From contig CM060733.1 of assembly GCA_030704615.1 (NCBI GenBank), forward strand, positions 1 through 64,000: a stretch of 64,000 bases of DNA, read 5' to 3'. Of this stretch, positions 12,068 to 25,757 are shown one piece after another. The notes below the pieces were generated by a model. It did not search any database. It was not told the origin of the DNA and saw nothing but the letters and a program-made list of their open reading frames with translations. The position numbers and the translations under genes were made by a program. Numbering within the stretch: the stretch's first letter is position 1; the number at the start of each line of letters is the position of its first letter. This DNA is from Takakia lepidozioides. Taxonomy: Eukaryota; Plantae; Bryophyta.

Positions 12068-12340
12068 CTCCCTTGCCACAACACTTACAGTATTTCAAGC
12101 CACTGGACCGACCATATTGCAAAGCAAATGTCTGTTGGTCGAGCTGGGGATAGGTAACATTGATGACACAAAATGATCACATCAGCACCACAAGAGATAA
12201 AAAGAAGAACAAACCCAAACCCTAGCAATGGGGAAATGCGAGAGCTCTCAGTATCTTCAACATGCAGCCCAGGCTCCATCTGCTCTTAACTTCCATCTAT
12301 ACTCCTGCATCATTGCAAGGAAACACACCATTGGCAAAGT
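12068..12340 (-). repeat. Near-identical inverted copy of 30002-30274 (3' end of the PPR gene)
   Basis: ORFs 12085..12279(-) and 30063..30257(+) differ at only 2 of 64 residues, and the nucleotide match extends on both sides. Confidence 0.9.
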
Positions 12341-13399
12341 CCATCAGTGAAGACTATGTTTGCGTCTCTATCATCCCCTCACAAATAGTTGCAAGGGTTC
12401 CTAACAAATAGGCAGAGTGAGGAGCTACCCGATAGACCTCTCTAAAAACATTCCAATTACACACGACCTCGAGTTGTGGGGCTAAAGAAAAGATAGACAT
12501 CGAAAAAGCTCAAGTCAAGTCAACAAACTACAAAAGAACAAACTAAGAGTCACTAGAAGCATTCGTGTCATTTACCACTGGGGTAACGACTCATTTTGAG
12601 TCGTAAAAGTCAAAAAACTGGGATCGACTGGAAGTTACAAACGACTAGTTACAACAGACGTGGTAGTTGGGTTGGACATCCAATGATTGGAGTGGTAAAG
12701 GACACAGACGCGCGAACAACTGCTCAACGATTAATGCGATTAATGCTGAAGAACCACGTGGCTTAACCAGGCGGGCCGCCCGTGTGTCTGACCTTTTGGG
12801 CTGACTTTGACTTTTCCCTCCGGATGAGTGGACCGACTCACCGAAGCGCGGTGACACATGGACGCGGACGTGGACGACGATGTGGACGCCGACGTGGCGG
12901 GGCCACGATGAGCACCACTACTGCCACGAGCCCGGGGCGCCACGTGGTAGTAGACCACATAACTTGCAGTGCTACATGCCCAGTGGCAATTGCGACTGCG
13001 GAAGTTGGCGCAACCACTGCTTTACTACTTTACATGAAGTGCTCGAAATTACTTGAACAATCATTCATAGTGATTCATGCTTTGGAGTTTTGGTGTTTGT
13101 AGTGAGTCGACTAGTAATGCCATACAAGAGAACTAATCATGCATTAGAAATGCACAAACGATGAAAGACATGCCATGAAACAAAATGAAATGAAAATGAA
13201 TGAAATGAAACAAAATGGTACTTTATTACATCTGCGGAAAGCTCAAAGAGCTTATGGGACAAAATGAAAAACACAAAGTAAAAAAGCAACCCAAAAGCTA
13301 CTGCTGCTCTGGGGATTGCCTAAGGGTCAAGGCCTCGTGCAAGTAAGCTGTCAAGCAGTTCTGATCCTCATAATGCAAGACTTTAGTGAGTTCCACGGA

Positions 13400-14470
13400 A
13401 TAGACCATCTACCCATGGAGGTTTCTTGTAGTTATTGATCCACAGGGAATCATAGGTAAATCTTGTGCTTGAAATTTGGCCCTCTAGGATGAATCTGGAC
13501 CACACTCTATCCCTGCTCCTTCAGCTATCCATGCCCCTGCACAAATCATGCATTCATCCTTGCCTTGCTGCTAGTAGCTGACAATGACAACCTACATTTG
13601 TTCTCGGAAACACCCAACTCAGCTTATCACACTAGTTCCTATGCTCAATTGCGTCTGCTACTCTCTGAAATGTAGCAGGCATTCACCTTTTTGCCTCGGT
13701 TGTCCCATCATTGACTGGGGGCAGAAAAGTATTCATTCCACAGCTTCTTCTCATGTCTGTTACTTGTTTTTTGATACTTTCCTGTTGTCACATAGCAGTA
13801 TCATGTCAAAGTCACTCCAAACTAGATTCACTCAACCAGCTAACTTGCAGAATTCAACATGGAAATTTTGGGCCGATTATGATAAGAGGGAAAAACAGGG
13901 TGAAAATTGCTGAAGAAGATGCCTTCATTAACAATGTCTGATTTTATCAATTGTGTCGTTGTTGCCAGTTGACCATCTACCCATGCAAGTTTCTTGTAGC
14001 TTCATAGTTAATCTGGAGCTTGAAGTTTGGCCCTCTTGGGTGAATCTGCACCCACACTCTATCCTTGCTCCTTCAGCTATCCATGCCTCGCACGAATCAT
14101 GCATACAACCTTGCCTTGTTGCTAGCAGTTGACGATGACAGCCTAGACTTGTTCTAGGAAGCACCCAACTCAACTTATCACACTAGTTCCTACGCTCAAT
14201 TACATCTGCTACTCTCTATAATCCAACAAACATTCACCTTCTTGACACGATTGTCCCACCATTGACTGGGGTCAGAAAAATATTCATTCCACAACTTCTC
14301 CTCGTTTGTGTTACTTGTTTCTGATACAGGCAGAATCATGTCAAAGTCACTCCAAACTATCAAAGCTTCACTCAACCAGCTAAGTTGCGGAATTCAAACA
14401 TGAATAATTAGGGGCAATTCTGATAAGAGGGGAAAACAAGGTGAAATTGAAGAAGGTGCCTTCATTAGCA
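13400..14470 (-). pseudogene. Two tandem ~550-bp copies of PDF-motif exons 4-5 plus introns of the PDF-PPR gene family
   Basis: Reverse strand gives EKLWNEYFSAPSQ*WDNRGKK|gtgaat and HPRGPNFKHK..; homologous to 26700-27300 and repeated at ~13400-13930 and ~13960-14470. Confidence 0.8.
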
Positions 14471-14645
14471 GTCATTACACTCTATCCTTCGCAGTCCTTA
14501 TCGCTCAACCATATTGTCGAACACTCCCTGTCCACAAGGGTATTGTTCAGAATGACATCTGCCACAATTCCAGCTTTGACGATGCAACCATGGACCTCTT
14601 TGCCCTTCCCTAGCAGGCTCGCACATGCACTACAAATGCAAACAA
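14470..14645 (-). pseudogene. PLS-PPR fragment
   Basis: VCICSACASLLGKGKEVHGCIVKAGIVADVILNNTLVD. Confidence 0.8.
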
Positions 14646-17139
14646 CTGGTTGTGGCAAACGGGAAGCAATATGTGTCAGAAGAAACCACTGATACAAATC
14701 TACAGCTTACAGGTTGTCTCTATCCTCAAAATTGGCAGCACATCACCCGCTGCTATGACATATATTGCCCTAGACACACATTGCCCTAACTACCATCCCC
14801 CAAAATGCTACCCCCACCAGACTTCTCTCACTTGGGTCCTTGCAATGCTGACTTCCAGCTTTGACTTTGTGCATGGGGCCTATCGGACAACATACACCAG
14901 CAAGCCCTCCCCCTATCCTGCATCAACTCATCTCAGTCTTATCAACTGCACAACGTATGATGGGAGTGAGTGCAACATGGGAAAGAGCCACAATACATGA
15001 TGAGTTGTAGGGAAGAAGCAACATTGTGCAAGTAAAGCAAATGATGAAACAGAAAGACGAGGCAACATGGGAGAAGGGAAAATGGGGTCCAAGGGCTGAG
15101 AAGGTCAACTGGTCAACAATGAGGAACTAGCTCTGGAGCACTATGTTGATGATTAAAGGGAGCAGCAAATACATGTGGGGCATCGCAGCAAAGTGCATGC
15201 CAACGAGGGTCAGATTAGTGCAAGAAAGACTCCACGGATGGTGGGCAGCCAAGAGAGATGCAGTGAGACAAGGCACTCATGGCAAGGGAGCTGCCAAGAC
15301 AAAACTGTTGATTAAGCTACGGAGAGAAAAAGGAAAGCACAAGATCAACTACGAGGAAAAGTAGCAATTCAAGCATGGGAGCTGCTGCTAAAAAATGAGA
15401 AGAAGACAACGAGGTGAAGCATCAAGGAACCAGGGAGAAGATGAGGAAGATGGAGCACACTTTCCTGTCAAAGGTTGGAGGTCGAAGAATGCAACCCAGC
15501 AATCAGAAAGTGGCCACCGAGGCTGGACTGCTGCAAAGAGGTACAAAGACAGGAGCTAAGAATGAGATGTTGGCCTTTCATTGAATTCCCCACACAAGGG
15601 TTGTTTGGCAAGCAAACCCCAGGCAAGGATGAGAGGTGAATCTGGGATAAAAACAGCAGCTGGGAGTGAGGAAAGACACAAGGAAGGGCAGCAATACCTT
15701 GTCCAAATCTGAGGGTGATGGTGGAGAGAAAATTAAACAGAATTGGAAGTATGGAGCAGCAATCGCATGAAGAAAATCTGCCTGAGAGGCTGAAGAGTGA
15801 AAGGAGGAAGACAGGCACCTCGCTTATGAAAAGTGAAGGGCAGGGTAGAAAACCTGATGCCTGAAATTGATGGGAGCTCGTGGAGACTCTGCCAAGAAGA
15901 CTCCAATCAGCTGCTGCAACAATCGGACCAGTGAAGTCGCCCTTGGCTGGCGCAACACCACGAAATAAGTGCAGGCCTGATAGCATGGTGAGTGGGGCAC
16001 CAACAAAGCCCAGAAAATGAGAGAGGAGAATGAGGTCAGTGCTCATTCATTCAAAGCACACGGGAGATGAAGGGAAAAGACACCTGCAAGGACGTTGAAG
16101 CAAAAAGAGGAGAGCACTTCACTTGGAAGAAAGTGAAGCATTGGAGAACGAGGCTAATGACTGGCAGTCTGAAAAGAAGGCGGTTGTGGGAACCCCTGCC
16201 AAGGCCCAAGACAACCATATGGAGAGAATCAAGCAGGTGGGAACTGCCCTTCATTGGGGTGGTGCAAACAAGAGCAAAGACCAGAGCTGCTGATCACATG
16301 AGAAGATAGTGTGTCATCACAGATGGAGGACCCTGGAAATGCTCTGCCCAGGAGATGAAGAACATTAGGCAACTAGAAACGTGGGGGCTGAATATGCTCT
16401 GCAGTCAACTGGCTTGTTGAATGTTTGCATAAGAGTTGAGGGGTGTTGTCAGTACACGGCATGAGTTCATCAAATCTACAACAGCCACCATCGCTGCCCC
16501 CTACTCACAAACTGCCACAAAAACTTCACGGGACTTACAGAGACTGGTGGAAGGCAAGGCGCGCCATGGGCCAGATTAATTGTATGTTGCAGCCCAGAAC
16601 AACGATGAGAAGTCATCTCGGGCAGCAAACCCCATTGCAGCGTCTTTTGTGTGAGAGAAGTCAAGCTGAAACTTGCTCATCATATCGAGTGGGATGGACC
16701 AAATGTAAAGCTGCCAAGCCAACCACAATCACTTCGCACTCAAGCAACATAAGCTGGAGCCATTTCAGATTATGAGTACCCGTGTTTTAATAAGACTCCT
16801 TCTTCAATGGCGGTGAACGGGCAGGAAAACTTCACAAGGGTGCCAGCAGTTAATGGACCAGATGCGGGAGCTGAATTGGGTATCCAGTATAGGCAATGCT
16901 GGTTTCGACCTCCGTTTCCATCCCTGCGTTTTGAAGATCTGGCTTGAATGGGCACACTCCGGCAGTGGAAGGCTGCACGGAGTAATGAGTTTGGGTGATA
17001 TGCATGTTGAAGCATGCCGGTGCAGAATGGCGATGTGATCCTCAAAGATTGCCCCTGCATTAAGCTGATTTCGATTGTGATCTCAAAATATGCCCCTGCA
17101 TTCAAGCTGATTTCTCTCTCGAGCAGAGCCGCCTTGTGG

Positions 17140-18020
17140 ATGTTCCAGCCAGTGTCCAAAAACAGCTCAAGTGCAAGACAACAACATCAGCAAGGCATGG
17201 TTAGCTAAGCAAGGTCATGGTGGAGAGGCATTTGAACTCTCTGAACGTAATGTGGTCGGACTTCACCCCCTCCCACATCAACTGCTCATAGGTCTCCAAA
17301 ACCTGCAATCCCCCCCCTGTTGTGCATGTCCTGCGATTATCACTTTCCACGACACCACATTTCGCTCAGCCATATTGTTGAACACTCCCTATCTAGAAGG
17401 GTATTCATGTTCAGAATGACATCTACGACAATTCCAGCTTTGACGATGCAACCGTGGACCTTTTTGCCCTTCTCCAACAGGCTCGCACATGCACTACAAC
17501 ACAAAACAAACGTAATGTGCTCGGGCTTCACCCCCTAGACCCACATCATTTGCTCATAGGTCTCCAAAACCCGCAATCCCCGCCCATGTTGTGCATGTCC
17601 TACGATCATCACGTTCCACCACACCACATTTCGCTCAGCCATATTGTTGAACACTCCTTGTCCACAAGGGAATGCTCCCACGTTTGGCATACATGTCGAC
17701 GAGGTATTGTTACATCTGGTACAGTTCCAGCTTTGACTGTCACGATGGACCTCTTTGCCCTTTACCAAGTCTCCAGGGCTGCCAGGTTTGCACATGCATT
17801 GCAAACACAAATGAACGTGACCCGGTCAGGCTGCACCCCTTCTCGCAACATTTGCTCATATGTCTCCAATGCCCTCATCCCACACACATGCTGGCCATAC
17901 CTTGTTTTGTTCAGCCATATTATCAAACTCTCCCTTCGCAACTTCATAGGTCCCCAAAACCTCCATCCCACGTCCCTGCTGTGCATACCCTGCAAGCATC
18001 GCACTCCACGACACTACATC
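17140..18020 (-). pseudogene. Scrambled PLS-PPR fragments
   Basis: KPEHITFVLCCSACAS.., NMAERNVVWWNVMIVGHAQHG, ALETYEQMLREGVQPDRVTFICVCNACA and RDVVSWSAMLAGYAQQG occur in several frames with deletions. Confidence 0.85.
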
Positions 18021-18039
18021 TCGGCAAAACAGGCTGAAA

Positions 18040-18215
18040 TAGCTCGAAGAAGAAGGTGCCCTCACCACATTGTCCTCTACCTTGTGTCATGACCCATTGC
18101 GGATTAGACTGACCATGAACCCAATAAGACCTCTTGTGCGTGCTGCTTGTATCTGTAGTCAGGTAATGTGGGATTGGTTCGTAAGAACCACCACGGTGCA
18201 GCTGAGTGGGCAAAG
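18040..18215 (-). pseudogene. Copy of exon 3 of the PDF-PPR gene
   Basis: LHRGGS..TTDTSSTHKRSYWVHGQSNPQWVMTQGRGQCG|gtgag matches 26529-26688. Confidence 0.8.
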
Positions 18216-19769
18216 ATTAAAATATGGGCTGCTAAGACCAAGCTGATTCCCCCAAGAATCTTGTGATCATCAGGAAGGATACCAAATCATGGTACAAAGG
18301 GGAGCCAAGACCCCACATTTGCACATAATGCGCCCTTGACGCCATAAACGCTTGCAACAACAGGACATGGGCCTCGATTTGGTCTTCGTCCTTCTCGCAT
18401 CACTTGTTCGTCTCTCTCTCAAGCCTCCATCCCTCTCCCAACACTTAGACAAGTTCAGGCAAAGGACAAAGTTACTCTTCCACCCTTAGATCATTATACA
18501 TCCGACGATTAGAACAATCTCTACGAGCCACACAAGCCCTCAAATACATTAAAATATTCCATGTCATGAGCCATGTGGAGCACTTATAAAAATTCCATTT
18601 TTGAATAGGGTGTGCAATGAATGCCTAGTTGTTAAGAGTCATTCTCTAGTGCTTAAAACCACTTGTAATTGCTGTTTTTTTTAATAAAAAAATTACGAAA
18701 TTGAATTAAATCGCCGTGAATATTGTGCCGACTGCGGAGTCATTGATGCAACTTCTATCCGCCATTAGAAATGTGAATTTATCCGTTACGACTGTGCAGT
18801 AGTAACAAACATCTCAAAGTTGTTCCCTCAGTGGTTTTGGACATGCAATCTATTCCGAAAAGACACGAATGCTTCTAGTGAGTTGTCTGGCCTGCATACT
18901 GCACTGTAATAGCCAACATTTATGTTCTAAGTTCAAGTACATGTTGTATGTCTAACCCATAACCTCATCACAAAATAGCACTTCCCTCTGTGAAAGAGTT
19001 CATCTGACAGTGAGGTGACATTACTAGTGCAAAACCTGATGCAATCTGTAATTACACAATGCAATGATACCTGCAGTCAGAGCTTCAATTTGAGAAGATG
19101 AATTCTGAAAGAGAAATAAAGGAGCTGGTGGAACGGAGCAAGAAGGAAAATGGAGCCCTTGGCCAGGAACTAAGGCAAGCCTTGCCAGCCAGGCCAGTAG
19201 CAGAGTTTAAGGTCAGATGATGGGGTCAGTTCAATCATGTTGGAGTCGTGCAGAATGTCCGAACAAACGTTAGGCATAAAACCCTGAATTCGTTTCCAGT
19301 TTGTGACATAGGTGGGGGGAAGGGCAGTCTTGGTACTACTGATATTTAAGTCCAAAAGTGGGACTTACCTTCATATAAATAATTAATTCAGGTTTTCCAC
19401 ATTTCCTCCAGCAAGCTCTTTACGCAAACATCAATCTGCTGTGTGCGAGCTTCCTAGCAATTAGACCCCAGCAGGACCCAGGCTTTATGTTCAGCCTCAA
19501 GATATTGCAATTTGGCAAACAAAGATGCAGCAACTATGTACCTCATGGTCATAAAGAGCGTCACTCTCTAGCTTTTTTGGGGGACAATGGCATGCATGGA
19601 AAGCCCGTATAGACAACCATCGTTGAGTGCCATTGCTATGCTAAGAAAATCCACAAAGCTCAAGACACCAATAGTTAGGAACTACTGAACTGAAATTTCT
19701 TCTATTCACCATTCAGAACAACAACAGACCGCTTTCCTCCCTCGCATACTTTCCGAACATGCCAGTAAG

Positions 19770-19885
19770 TGCCAAAGATCTTGTAGACTCCCTCTCTTGC
19801 TCCTTGTTCGGAAGTGGTACCCATGGTGGAAGTGCCTAATTTTATCAGCTGTGCTGTTGCTGCTTCCAATTGACCATCTAACGTT
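19770..19885 (-). pseudogene. Fragment of PDF-PPR exon 5 (linker between PDF motif and PPR array)
   Basis: Reverse complement agatggtcaattggaagcagcaacagcacagctgataaaattaggcac..gagagggagtc aligns to 27288-27420. Confidence 0.7.
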
Positions 19886-20253
19886 CAAATTTCTTATAGC
19901 TATTACTCCACAGTGCCTCACTCTTGTGCTCGCAATGTGGTCGCCTTGGAGCCCCGCAGATAAGCTAACCCGAGAAAGAGAGCGCACAGCCACCGAGGTC
20001 TCTGGTTTCCTAAACCTAAATTTCTCTTATCTCTTGGATAAGTGCAGGTTCGGGGTTCAATTCTTGCTATGGCCTGTGTGTATGGTTTGTTTTGTGACAT
20101 GTCGGTCTGGGGTGACGGTTCCTCTTGTGATATATGAAACGGAGGTTAAACTTTCCTTCTCCGCAAGGGCTTTGATGGATGGATGGATAACAATAGTAGC
20201 CCTATGGGGTCAAGTGACACCATAAGTTACGCTTGCAGTTTGGATAACAATAC

Positions 20254-20620
20254 TGTTGGAAATGAACTCCTAACCAAGTTACTACTACCTAGAGTTACTG
20301 TGATGACAAGTCAGGCTTCCATAATAGGAGTGCTGACAAGTCACAGTTAACAATAGAGATAAGCCTCGGTTAGCTAAAAGATAGCTAAAGTTAGCTTCAG
20401 TTATTAGTGACTCAAGTCATTGTACCATCTAATAGCAGGTGGAGATAACTTAAGTAAAAGCATGGAGTTATGCTATAGTTATCTCAGCTATTTCTGGATT
20501 AGACTTTGAGTATAAATAGGGAGAGCTCGGAGGGTGGACACAACTTGTTGTGGTCCTATGGTTGGGTGGAGAGTTTTCAGTAATCAGTTCATCTTTTATA
20601 TTCTCTGTCAAATTCCAACA
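20254..20620 (+). repeat. copia 5' LTR
   Basis: tgttggaaat...attccaaca, followed by the PBS; contains TATAAATA. Confidence 0.95.
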
Positions 20621-23084
20621 TGGTATCAGAGCAAGGTTCTGTTTGAGAGATAGAAAGAGATGAGTATTTGATTTACAACCAATAGGCTTGAGTGCTTGGG
20701 TTTAGATCTGAAAGCTTGAGTGCTTGGAGTTAGATTTGAAAGTTTGAGGGTGTTTTATAGTTGGCAAAACATCAAACTAGCATCATGGCACCTTCTGCTG
20801 ATCATACTCGAGTGAAGAAGTTAGATCGTCACAATTTTCATACATGGAAGATTAAGATGGAGTTCATTCTTCATGAGAAAGATCTGTGGGAGATCACATC
20901 AGGAGAAGTGGTTGCACCAGTTCAACTACAGCCTGAAGATGGAGAGATCATAGCCGCAGGGTTGACTCTTGAGCAACAACTTTTTGCAAAGAAAGGAGTT
21001 GCAGAGATACATGGTTCATTGATTCAAGGGCATCTCAGCACATGACGTTCTAGAAGGAAGCATTCTCAACCTTCAAAGAACTCTCTGTGGGACACAAGGT
21101 GTATCTTGGAGACAGCAATACTAGTCTTGATATCCATGGAAAATGTATTGTTATGTTTCAATTATCATCTGGAGTGTCGAAGGAGATCGGATGAGTTCTC
21201 TTTGTTCCTGGATTGACAAAGAACCTATTGTCAGTTAGTCAGCTAACTGAGCAAGGTCTTACGGTTGAATTTTCTACCAATCATTGTTGGGTGAAGTTTG
21301 ACAGTGAAGTGATAGCTGAGGCAGTGAAAGATGCAAGATTGTACAAGCCAGTGGGGGTTGTCCAGGCTTTACATGCGAAGTGTACTACTTTGCTCAAGCA
21401 GAGTGACCTCTGGCATTAGAGACTTGGACATGTCTCAATGCAAAGTTTGGCATGCATGTCTGCTAACAATCTGGTTAAATACATGGATCTTACAGGAGAT
21501 CGGACCTTGAGTTTTTGTGACGAATATGTGTACGATAAACACCATCGCAACCCATTTCCAAATGATGGAGGTTCTCGAACAAATAAGGTTCTTGAGCTGG
21601 TTCATACAAATCTATGCGGTCCTATGTCAACTGAATCTCATGGAGGTGCAAAATATTTCTTGACCTTCATTGATGATTTTTCTAGGAAAACATTTCTCTA
21701 CACGATGCAAAACAAGTTTGGAGTTCTTGATAGGTTCAAGACATTCAAAGCTTTGGTGGAGAATCAAACTGGAGAAAAGATCAAATCTCTTTGGTGTGAT
21801 GGTGGTGGTGAGTACAAAGAACTTTAACCAGTTCTGCAGGGAGAATGATATTGTGAAACAATCAACCATACCATATATGCCAGAACAGAATGGAGTTGTA
21901 GAGATGAAGAATCGAACACATGTTGAGAGTCTGAGGTGTATGTTGCAACACATGAGGTTGGACCACCGTTTCTGGGCAGAAGTAGTGACAACTGCAACAT
22001 ACCTCCAGAATCGACTTCCTACTAAGGCAATCTCTACAAAGACACCTGAAGATGTTTGGAAGGGTGAGAAACCTTCAATTGATCATTTACGCATCTTTGG
22101 GTGTGTTGCATTTGCCTATGTTAAAAAAGAAGTAAGGAAGAAATTGGATGGAAAAGCAATCAAGTGTATCTTCATTGGTTATTGTGAAGAAACCAAAGGG
22201 TATAAGTTGTATAACCCTGAGAGCAAGTATGTGATCATCAGTCGTGATGTGATATTCAATGAGTCTAAGAACTTTCATCAGGAAATAGTAGTTCAAAGTT
22301 TGGACCATGAAAAAGAGAACTTGGCTCTAACACATGAAGCTAAAATGGAAGAGAAGATTGTTGAAGAGATAGTTGAGGTTCAAATGGAGGAGGTACAATC
22401 TACTATGATTGAAAAACCCTCAGAGGTATCTTCTGCCTATTTCGTTGACAGTGATGAACCTCAAAGTGTGTCAGATGCAATGAGGAGTGTGAACTCTTCA
22501 CACTGGAAGAAAGCTATGACATCTGAGTTTAAGTCTCTTCAGGATAATAAGACTTGGAGTCTTGTTCAACTTCCATCTGGACGGCAGTCTGTTGGCTGCA
22601 AATGGATTTTCAAGATTAAGTACAATGTAGATGGTTTTTTAGCAAGGTACAAAGCGTGCTTGGTTGCAAAGGGGTTTTTCGCAAATTGAAGGTATTGATT
22701 ACAATTAAACCTTCTCCCTTGTTGCACGGATGGAGTCAATTTGAGTGATTCTAGCGTTTGCTGCTGTTGAAAATCTTGAGGTACATCAGATGGATGTATG
22801 TACAGCCTTTCTCAATGGAGATCTTATGGAAGAAATATACATGGACTAGCTCGAGGGATTTGCTGTAAAAAGGAAGGAAATGATGGTGTGTAAGCTCCTC
22901 AAGTCCTTGTATGGTTTGAAGCAATCCCCTAGGGCATGGAATGCTAAGATTGATGCATATTTCATGGATGAAGAGTTTGAGAGGAGCTCTGCTGATTATA
23001 GTGTTTACTATATAAGAGGGCTCATGGAAACTCTTTTGTGATCATAACGCTGTACGTTGATGATCTGATTTTGGTCTCTAATGA

Positions 23085-23655
23085 CTTGACTCTGTTGAAA
23101 CACACACAAAGTGTCAATATCTCAAATGAGATTGAGATAGTGGTTGTGACAAATTGACTTTGTTGAAACAAAGACAAAGTGATATCTCAAAGAGGTTTGA
23201 GATGGTGGATCTGAAAGAGATCATGTGATCATGTGTTAATGATCAGTCTTTGTTGAAAAGACAAAGTGATATCTCAAAGAGGTTTGAGATGGTGGATCTG
23301 AAAGAGATCCTGCAATCATGTGTTAATGATCAGTCTTTGTTGAAAAGACAAAGTGATATCTCAAAGAGGTTTGAGATGGTGGATCTGAAAGAGATCTTGT
23401 GATCATGTGTTGATCAGGCTTTGTTAAAAAAGACAAAGCGATATCTCAATGAAGTTTGAGATGGTGGATCTAAAAGAGATCATGTGATCATGTGTTAATG
23501 ATCAGTCTTTGTCGAAAAGACAAAGTGATATCTCAAAGAGGTTTGAGATGGTGGATGTGAAAGAGATCCTGTGATCATGTGTTGATCAGGCTCTGTTGAA
23601 AAAGACAAAGAGCGATATCTCAATGAAATTTGAGATGGTGGATTTGAAAGAGATC
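23085..23655 (+). repeat. Tandem amplification (~6-7 copies of a ~80-85-bp unit) inside the copia RT
   Basis: Unit ...tgttgaaaagacaaagtgatatctcaaagaggtttgagatggtggatctgaaagagatc..tgatcatgtgtt.. derives from the RT segment after YVDD (LSKRFEMVDLKE). Confidence 0.9.
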
Positions 23656-24606
23656 CAGTACTGCTTGGGGGTATCGGTAACTCGTGCTCGACAAGACTGA
23701 GCGATTTACCTGAACCAGCGTAAGTATCTTGAAGACATCTTAAGGCGCTTTGGTATGGCTGAAAGTATGCCGGTAAATACCCCGTTTGTCCCAAATTACA
23801 AACTCTCAAAGGAGATGAGTCATAAGAGTGCTGCAGACTTGGAGACAATGAGAGATGTTCCATATCAGAGTGTAGTGGGAAGTCTCATGTATGCAATGGT
23901 TTGTACTAGGCCAGATATTGCACAAGCAGTGGGGGTTGTAAGCCAATATATGGCTAACCCTGGGCAACTCCATTGGGTTACAGTAAAGCGGATTTTCCGT
24001 TATCTGAGAGGCACACTGGATTATGGTTTGTGCTTGAGAAAGAACAATGATAATGTTCAGTTGGATCAAGTGGGTTCATATGGTATCTCAGATAGTGCTT
24101 GCAAAAGCACATAGCTATACGGCTATTGTGATGCAGATTGAGCTGGTAATGTTGATGACCGCCACTCTACATCTGGCTATGTTTTTATACTAGCGAATGG
24201 AACTGTAAGCTGGAGCAGCAAGAAGCAATCTACAATTGTTATGTTCTCGACTGAGACAGAATATATGGCTACATCTCAAACTACAAGGCAAACATTATGG
24301 TTATCATCATTTCTATCTAGTATTGGTCGTCCACAGAAGGATACCATGGTCATATATGATGACAACCAAGGGTGTATTGCTCTCTCAAAGAATCCAATGT
24401 TTCATGCTCGCACAAAACATATTGAGATTCATCATCGTTTGCTACGAGAGAAGACTGAAGCTGGAGTTGTCAAGCTTGTATATTGCAACACTAATAACAT
24501 GGTTGCATACATACTGACAAAATGGCTTAGTGCTTAAAAGCTTGAACGCTTTCGAGGCTTAATGGGAGTAGTCAAATGCTTAACTTGGTAACTCGTTGAG
24601 TGGGGG

Positions 24607-24972
24607 TGTTGGAAATCAACTCCTGACCAAGTTACTACTATCTAGAGTTACTGTGATGACAAGTCAGGCTTCCATAATAGGAGTGCTGACAAGTTACAGT
24701 TAACAAAGCCTCGGTTAGCTAAAAGATAGCTAAAGTTAGCTTCAGTTATTAGCTACAGTTAACTCAAGTCATGGTACTATAATAACAGGTGGAGATAACT
24801 TAAGTAAAAGCATTGAGTTATGCTATAGTTATCTCAACTATTTTTGGATTAGACTTTGAGTATAAATAGGGAGAGCTCGGAGGGTGGACAGCTTGTTGTG
24901 GTCCTATGGTTGGGTGGAGAGTTTTCAGTAATCAGTTCATCTTTTATCTCTATTCTTTGTCGAATTCCAACA
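24607..24972 (+). repeat. copia 3' LTR
   Basis: Direct repeat of 20254-20620 with scattered substitutions and indels, preceded by the PPT and followed by TSD AATAC. Confidence 0.95.
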
Positions 24973-25757
24973 AATACATGGATGAAAAGTCTATAGTCTA
25001 TGGTTATTTATTGCGGAAGGTATTATCTCGATAGGTAAGTATTAAGTGGTGAAGGTATCCGGAGAAAAGCACCTTTGCGTGGTCTCTCCCTTAAGGAAGG
25101 AGCCAATAAAATTGAGGGATAAGGTCATACATATGGGGCGCCAGTAAATTAGTGATCAACCAGCGCACCGTCCCGTGGGATCGACGGTGGCTGAAGAAGG
25201 ATTCAAGGAGTGCTTGAGTTGAAGGTAGGACCTTGGTCTTGAACCCTTCGAACAACCTCACAATATACACAGTTGGAATTGTGAAGGATTGAGACCGAGC
25301 ACACTTCAAGCATGCGGGGTGATACCTCGACTGTCCACCAACTGGTACCCCTTTGGAGGAGAACGTGTTGAGGAACCTCAACGACAACGCAGTGGCCCTT
25401 GAATCCCGCTCTGATCGCAAGCCATCCAGGCTTTGAACGCAAACGAACAAACAGTTTATCCGTTTGATAGATCACACGGATTCGTGATCCTTGAAGCCCG
25501 ATGATGATCAGATCCTTGACCCTGCCGTTGCAATCGTTTCTTGCATCGGGGTTGCAAGTTCACGGACCAAAACATATCTTTTTGACACTCACTCTCCCAC
25601 CGGCGGGGACCGCAGGGTCTTCCCGCGTTCTCCTGCACGCGCATGCCCACTCCATACGTAGACCCTCTCGTGTCGGTTCGGTCATGCGAGAGGCCTCGCG
25701 TCATGCACCGGATTAAAGAGCTGGGCTGTGGAGCTGAAAGCGGGATCCCCCTTGGCG

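Larger units (their letters stand above)
12551..18880. mobile_element. Non-autonomous CACTA element carrying host gene fragments (Pack-CACTA), 6.3 kb
   Basis: Perfect 19-bp TIR CACTAGAAGCATTCGTGTC (12551) / GACACGAATGCTTCTAGTG (18862-18880) and 3-bp TSD AGT on both sides. No transposase seen; the interior holds PDF/PPR fragments. Confidence 0.85.
20254..24972 (+). mobile_element. Ty1/copia LTR retrotransposon with both LTRs, internally deleted and decayed
   Basis: LTRs TG...CA at 20254-20620 and 24607-24972, TSD AATAC, PBS TGGTATCAGAGC (20621, tRNA-iMet) and PPT GAGTGGGGG. Domain order is gag (NFHTWKIKM), PR/GAG-pre-IN (KNLLSVSQL), IN (YFLTFIDDFSRK), RT (WIFKIK, LYVDD), RH (YDDNQG, RTKHIEI), with stops and frameshifts. 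Confidence 0.97.

Noticed and set aside
14700-17140. ORFs such as 15468..16046 inside the CACTA element as transposase or host genes
   Set aside because: Purine-skewed, stop-riddled sequence with no recognisable domain; left unassigned.
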